Origin: a virus
Length of the DNA: 64,000 nucleotides
Reading direction: 5' to 3' (one strand)
IMG/VR virus record: IMGVR_UViG_3300021963_000054
Span: 32,001 to 96,000 of that record
Shown here: piece by piece, positions 59,366 through 64,000 of the stretch
Layout of the letters: the number at the start of each line of letters is the position of its first letter
How positions within the stretch are numbered: the first letter of the stretch is position 1
Notes under the pieces: generated by a model
Told to the model about the DNA's origin: nothing
Databases searched by the model: none
Seen by the model: only the letters and a program-made list of their open reading frames with translations
Program-made: the position numbers and the translations under genes

Positions 59366-59949
59366 ATGATAATGATATTTTAGTTATTGATACTGGAGCA
59401 AAAGCTCCAACCAAAGTTGTAGAAGAACAGATTCTTCCACTGTCTATTTTAACAGAAGGTAATCCAATTCTAAAAACACCAGTTGAAGAATTTGATATGT
59501 CGCAAGTCATGCAACCAGAAATTCAAAAATTTATTAAGCAGTTGAAGTTGACAATGAAAACCTACAATGGTGTTGGACTGTCAGCGAATCAATGTGGTTT
59601 TAAGTTTAGAATGTTTGTTATTGGTACAGACCAATTTCAGATGACTTGTATCAATCCAAGAATTATTGATGTTGATGGTGAACCAAAACTAATGCGTGAA
59701 GGTTGCTTGTCATATCCAGCGTTGTTTGTTGGCGTACCTAGATATGAAGGTATTCTTGTACATTACTATGATGAATACTCACAGCCAAAAGAATTGTGGT
59801 TGCGTGGTATTACCGCACAATGTTTCCAACATGAATTGGAACATCTTGATGGTAAAGTATTTCTTGAAAGAGTTAAGCCTCTTGCTATGCAGATGGCAAG
59901 AAAACGTCAAACTAAATTGATTAAGAAGATTGTAAGGAAATCAAAATGA
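59362..59949 (+). CDS. def: Peptide deformylase
   Basis: GVGLSANQ, EGCLS and QHELEHLDG motifs. Confidence 0.95.
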   Translation: MNDNDILVIDTGAKAPTKVVEEQILPLSILTEGNPILKTPVEEFDMSQVMQPEIQKFIKQLKLTMKTYNGVGLSANQCGFKFRMFVIGTDQFQMTCINPRIIDVDGEPKLMREGCLSYPALFVGVPRYEGILVHYYDEYSQPKELWLRGITAQCFQHELEHLDGKVFLERVKPLAMQMARKRQTKLIKKIVRKSK

Positions 59950-60317
59950 GCGATATAAAAGTTCAAGAAACAACTGAGTATGAGAGTTGTCTTGATTTTG
60001 AGAGTGATGATATCAATGATGTTTCTAAATTTATGGATGGTGAAGAAACACAAGAAGAAAAACTTCCTATAGTTGAAGTTGATGATTCGTTGCTTACCAG
60101 AGACCAATTCTTCAAGAAGTATTGGAAAGGTATGCCGACTTTTGACCAGAATGATAATCCACCTTGGAAACAACTTTATGTTAACTTCCGAAATGAAGAA
60201 GATTATCTAGCATTTGCTAAGTTGATTGACCAAGCACTATCAGATAAGAGTAAAAGTATTTGGTATCCAAAACTTGACGTAGAAGAAAACTCATTGAATC
60301 GTTGGATTGTAGAATGA
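59946..60317 (+). CDS. Small acidic protein coupled to the glycosyltransferase (123 aa)
   Basis: W.GMP.F.Q....V.F...ED...F...I.Q.....KSIWYP pattern. ATGA overlaps at both ends. Confidence 0.75.
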   Translation: MSDIKVQETTEYESCLDFESDDINDVSKFMDGEETQEEKLPIVEVDDSLLTRDQFFKKYWKGMPTFDQNDNPPWKQLYVNFRNEEDYLAFAKLIDQALSDKSKSIWYPKLDVEENSLNRWIVE

Positions 60318-61219
60318 TTAACCCTAAGTATCCAGTTTATATTATCTCTAAAGGTCGGCATGAATCCATGTTGACTTCTCGGTCACTCGCTCGTATGAAA
60401 GTTCCTCATTACATTGCAATTGAACCACAAGACCTAGACAACTATGAGAAAGCATTGGATGAATTTAAGATTCGCCCATATGTTACATTGCTAGTTGCGC
60501 CATTCAGTAATCATGGCGATGGTCCTGGTCGTGCTAGAAATTGGTGTTGGGATCATGCGATTGAAATTGGTGCAGAAAAGCATTGGGTACTAGATGATAA
60601 CATTTCTGATTTCTACCGTTTGAATCAGAACAAACGATACCGTGTAGAATCTGGTGCTATCTTCCGAGCCGCAGAAGATTTTGTTGACCGCTTTGAGAAT
60701 GTGCCAATCTCTGGCTTTCAGTATCGTTTCTTCATTGCACCAAATTCAAAGTATCCTCCTTTCGTAACTAACACACGAATCTATTCTTGTTTGCTTATCT
60801 CTAATGATTGCAAACATCGTTGGCGTGGTAGGTACAATGAAGATACTGATATCTGTCTCCGCGTATTGAAAGATGGTGATTGCACTATTCAATTCAATGC
60901 ATTCTTGCAAGGTAAAGCGGCTACACAAACAGTTAAGGGTGGTAACACCGAAGAATTCTATCATAAAGAATTTGCTGACCAAGACGAAAACTTTAAGAAG
61001 ACTGGTTACAACAGTAGTGGCACAATCAATAAGTCTCAGATGCTTGCAGATATGCATCCAGATGTTGCAAGAGTTGTTTGGCGTTATGGTCGTTGGCATC
61101 ATTATGTTGACTATAATCCATTCAAGGTAAACAAACTGCGAATGAAAGCTGATGCTGTAATTCCAGAAGGCAACAACGAATATGGAATGAAGTTGATTCG
61201 TAATTGGAAAGCAGATTGA
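60314..61219 (+). CDS. TET/JBP-associated (GREB1-like) glycosyltransferase, putative DNA base modifier (start revised to 60314)
   Basis: YPVYIISKGR, EPQD...Y, G.G.ARN..W, HWVLDDNI, RIYSC.L, WRG.YNEDTD..L..L and K..T....GGN. Confidence 0.78.
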   Translation: MINPKYPVYIISKGRHESMLTSRSLARMKVPHYIAIEPQDLDNYEKALDEFKIRPYVTLLVAPFSNHGDGPGRARNWCWDHAIEIGAEKHWVLDDNISDFYRLNQNKRYRVESGAIFRAAEDFVDRFENVPISGFQYRFFIAPNSKYPPFVTNTRIYSCLLISNDCKHRWRGRYNEDTDICLRVLKDGDCTIQFNAFLQGKAATQTVKGGNTEEFYHKEFADQDENFKKTGYNSSGTINKSQMLADMHPDVARVVWRYGRWHHYVDYNPFKVNKLRMKADAVIPEGNNEYGMKLIRNWKAD

Positions 61220-62073
61220 TGAGTATTGTTGATGAAATAGGCAAAGAGAGTCTAAAGCGGTATCTTGAAAACTGTGCTAAGGTTGCAGACATAGATATTG
61301 AGGCGGCATTCAAAGTCACATTGAATTGTATGAAAGCGCATGATGGCGCAATCATACCAGATGATGATATGCGTCAAATGAAAGACCTTGAGAACAGATG
61401 GTATGCATCATTGGAAACAGGAACGCCAGACTATTCTGTTTACTCTGATGCTTATTATTTCTGCGAAGTGTGGATGTGTTGGACAAAATACTCTAGAAGG
61501 TATCTCAAAGAAATCAATGCGCCAAAGTCTATGTTTGGTAAAAGTATAGTTGAATACATTGGTAATGTTGACAATGTGGTTGACTTGGGATGCGGTTTCG
61601 GTTATACTACAGTTGGTATGAAAGAATTGTTTCCCAACTCCAATGTCTATGGTACAAATCTAAAAGATAGTTACCAGTACAAGATGGCAACAGAGTTGGG
61701 TGACAAACACAATTTCAAAATCATTGAGAATCTTACTCAAGTTGAAAAGCCAGGAACAAGTTTGTTTTTTGCTTCCGAGTACTTTGAACACTTTGACAGA
61801 CCGATTGAACATTTGATTGATGTGATTGAACAAGGCTCACCAACTTATATGTTGATTGCTAACACATTCAACGGAAGAGCCATTGGTCACTTCAATCAAT
61901 ACAAAGATTGTACCGAAGTCTATGATGGAAAACAAATGGGAAGATTGTTCGGAAAAACACTCAGAAAATATGGATACGAAAGTGTTAACACAGATTGTTG
62001 GAATAATAGACCAGCTTTTTGGCAGAGAAAAGATAGTTGTTTTTTAACAACAGAGAACTTTAGTAATACTTGA
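61219..62073 (+). CDS. Class I SAM-dependent methyltransferase (start revised to 61219)
   Basis: VVDLGCGFG motif I and ASEYFEH. TGATG coupling to the glycosyltransferase. Confidence 0.8.
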   Translation: MSIVDEIGKESLKRYLENCAKVADIDIEAAFKVTLNCMKAHDGAIIPDDDMRQMKDLENRWYASLETGTPDYSVYSDAYYFCEVWMCWTKYSRRYLKEINAPKSMFGKSIVEYIGNVDNVVDLGCGFGYTTVGMKELFPNSNVYGTNLKDSYQYKMATELGDKHNFKIIENLTQVEKPGTSLFFASEYFEHFDRPIEHLIDVIEQGSPTYMLIANTFNGRAIGHFNQYKDCTEVYDGKQMGRLFGKTLRKYGYESVNTDCWNNRPAFWQRKDSCFLTTENFSNT

Positions 62074-62097
62074 CATTCGTTCTGGTCCTGATATACT
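62070..62097 (+). promoter_or_regulatory. Sigma70-type early promoter with extended -10
   Basis: TTGACA-N16-TATACT, with TGn directly before the -10. Confidence 0.75.
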
Positions 62098-62122
62098 TGT
62101 ATCTGTAGTTAGAAGGAACATC

Positions 62123-64000
62123 ATGCAGTTTACCCAAGAATCCAAATCTCAATTAGCCAAGTTGATGGCTACCGAAAACCTCACCGTTGAACACCGAAAA
62201 GTATCTACGGCTTCCTTTAATCTTAAGGACCGTGTTCTTACTCTCCCAATCTGGAATGATATGTCTGGCGAAATGTATGATTTACTTACCGGGCATGAAG
62301 TTGGTCACGCATTAGAAACGCCAGAAGAAGGTTGGCACAATGCCGTCATGGGCACTGGCAAATTTGATAAGAATTTCAAAAACTTCCTTAATGTGGTTGA
62401 AGATGCCCGCATTGAGAAAAAAGTCAAACGCCGTTTTCCCGGCTTGCGCCAATCGTTTGTCAAAGCATACGGTCAACTATTAGAAAAAGATTTTTTCGGT
62501 ATCAAGTATCGTAATGTGAATGCTTTGCCTTTCATTGACCGCTTGAACCTTTACACTAAAGGTGGTGTCTCCCTCGGCATTCAATTCAACAATGAAGAAA
62601 CCAAAATGTTAGCCGATGTTGAATCGTGCGAAACGTGGGAAGATGTTGTCCGTATTACCGAAGCAATTTTTGACTATTCAAAAACCGAACAAAAAGAATT
62701 GCAACAAGAAAAAATTCGCCAACTGAATTCATTCTATGATGATGAAGATGGCGATTATGAAATGGACATGGACAGCAATGATGATTCTTCCAATGATGAA
62801 GAAGAAAATCAGAAAGATGGTCAGTCACAAGATGGTGAAACTGAAAAAGAATCATCCGATGGTGAAGATACAGAAAAATCTGAATCTGGTAAATCAGATT
62901 CCGACTCGGAAGAAACATCAGAAGAACAGCCAGAAAAAAGCAATACCATTGAACGTGATAAAGAATCACATGATAGTACCAGTGAAAATTCTGACTTTGA
63001 ACCAGTTTGTGAAACCGATGAAAAGTTTCGTGAAAACGAAAGTCAATTGTTGGACAGGTCTTGCAAAGAATATCTGTATGTGAATTTGCCAACACCTATC
63101 TTTTCAGAAATTCTTACACCATACAAACGTGTGCATGAATTGATGGAAAACTTTTGGAATGACCGCCTTGACAATCGTAAAGATATCCAAAATAATTTGC
63201 TCCGCGATTTCAAAAACAAGAATGACCGGTATGTTTCTTTGCTTGCAAAAGAATTTGAAATGCGTAAAGCCGCATCAAAATTCTCTCGCCAAAAAGTTTC
63301 TGAGACTGGTGATATTGACGTTAGCCGTATCTATAAATACCAAGTTGATGACAATATTTTCCGCAAAGCTACCTTTGTACCAAAAGGCAAATCGCATGGT
63401 TTAGTTTTGTTGCTTGACCGTTCAGGTTCAATGCAAAGCAATATGTCTTCATCATGGGAACAAATTTTGGTTCTCGCAATGTTTTGCCGCAAAGTGAATA
63501 TTCCTTTTGTTGTTTATGGTTTCGGTAATGATGATAGTACTTTTCAACATGACCATGGTCGTTTTAATCATAGGTCATTTTCAGAAAATGTAAACGAATT
63601 GTCTGGTTCGAATGTTTTCTTGCGTGAGTATTTGAATTCTAAAATGAGTGCAAGTGAATTTACTCGGTGTACCAAAAATATTCTGGCTTTGGCTAGCAGT
63701 TATGATTATCGTAATTATCGTAGATTTTCAACACCTAGTTCTGAAACTTTATCAAATACTCCAATGACGGAAGCAATGATTGCATTGAAGCCTTTGACAG
63801 AACAATTCCGTAAAGTGAACAATCTTGATATTGTTAATACTGTTATCATGCACGATGGTGATGCCGACAGAATTGGCGCTGTGGTTGGTGAACGTACTGA
63901 CTACAATGGTAAATCATATCTTGGAAGAACGGGTATCGGTAACGATACATACAACCTTGTGTTGCGTGACAAGAAAAATAAATTTGAAGAATTGATGCGT
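62123..64000 (+). CDS. HEXXH metallopeptidase-like / vWA (CobT-like) protein, 3'-truncated; absent from the ORF track
   Basis: MQFTQESKSQLAKLMATENL..GHEVGHAL..NVVEDARIEK, an acidic linker, then LLLDRSGSM (MIDAS) in the same frame. RBS AAGGA. Confidence 0.85.
   Translation, partial: MQFTQESKSQLAKLMATENLTVEHRKVSTASFNLKDRVLTLPIWNDMSGEMYDLLTGHEVGHALETPEEGWHNAVMGTGKFDKNFKNFLNVVEDARIEKKVKRRFPGLRQSFVKAYGQLLEKDFFGIKYRNVNALPFIDRLNLYTKGGVSLGIQFNNEETKMLADVESCETWEDVVRITEAIFDYSKTEQKELQQEKIRQLNSFYDDEDGDYEMDMDSNDDSSNDEEENQKDGQSQDGETEKESSDGEDTEKSESGKSDSDSEETSEEQPEKSNTIERDKESHDSTSENSDFEPVCETDEKFRENESQLLDRSCKEYLYVNLPTPIFSEILTPYKRVHELMENFWNDRLDNRKDIQNNLLRDFKNKNDRYVSLLAKEFEMRKAASKFSRQKVSETGDIDVSRIYKYQVDDNIFRKATFVPKGKSHGLVLLLDRSGSMQSNMSSSWEQILVLAMFCRKVNIPFVVYGFGNDDSTFQHDHGRFNHRSFSENVNELSGSNVFLREYLNSKMSASEFTRCTKNILALASSYDYRNYRRFSTPSSETLSNTPMTEAMIALKPLTEQFRKVNNLDIVNTVIMHDGDADRIGAVVGERTDYNGKSYLGRTGIGNDTYNLVLRDKKNKFEELMR

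Noticed and set aside
40464-61219. ORF-track starts at 40464, 53593, 60302 and 61204 (also 26247)
   Set aside because: Downstream starts overlapping or abutting the previous stop (40524, 53617, 60314, 61219, 26295) fit translational coupling and family N-termini better.
61219-62073. The methyltransferase as the CC-specific DNA methylase itself
   Set aside because: It lacks the PC or DPPY/NPPY/SPPY catalytic motifs and looks like a small-molecule class I enzyme. Not fully excluded.
208-63404. Numerous short minus-strand and alternate-frame ORFs in the track
   Set aside because: They are shadows of long + strand genes with biased codons. They lack RBSs and recognisable motifs.
1-64000. Alternative genetic code, introns or inteins in core genes, tRNA genes
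   Set aside because: Core genes are full-length and contiguous under the standard code. No intergenic gap shows a recognisable tRNA.
1-64000. Extending the G/C-flank rule to GTAC, GANTC, GCGC, GAATTC and CTGCAG
   Set aside because: Counter-examples are easy to find (TGTACT ~1305, AGAATCT ~392, AGCGCA ~2013, TGAATTCT ~982). CTGCAG was seen only once (CCTGCAGG ~24152), too little to judge.

Overview
A 64 kb segment of an AT-rich T4-like myovirus genome whose gene order resembles cyanophage/freshwater 'far-T4' phages. All credible genes are on the + strand. Order: baseplate (end of gp6, gp7, gp8, DUF4815/VrlC-like); a ~24 kb array of tail-fibre/adhesin genes, chaperones and collagen-like fibres with recombination scars; a late-promoter cassette with two 2OG-Fe(II) oxygenases and a glycosyltransferase; neck, terminase (Dps gene between gp16 and gp17), sheath, tube, portal and head genes; an HNH homing endonuclease after gp23; gp3, uvsY, uvsW, gp55, a cytidylyltransferase, gp47, gp46, peptide deformylase; a small protein / TET-associated (GREB1-like) glycosyltransferase / SAM methyltransferase cassette; and a truncated HEXXH-vWA protein missing from the ORF track. 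The strongest unexplained signal is at the nucleotide level. By manual reading, every GATC (about 75) and all but one GCWGC (about 45) is flanked by a 5' G or a 3' C. These restriction-type sites therefore survive only when they overlap a GG/CC dinucleotide. This suggests a CC/GG-targeted DNA modification that shields overlapping sites, possibly involving the glycosyltransferase/methyltransferase cassette at 59.9-62.1 kb. All counts are by eye and all family calls are by motif recognition, not database search.
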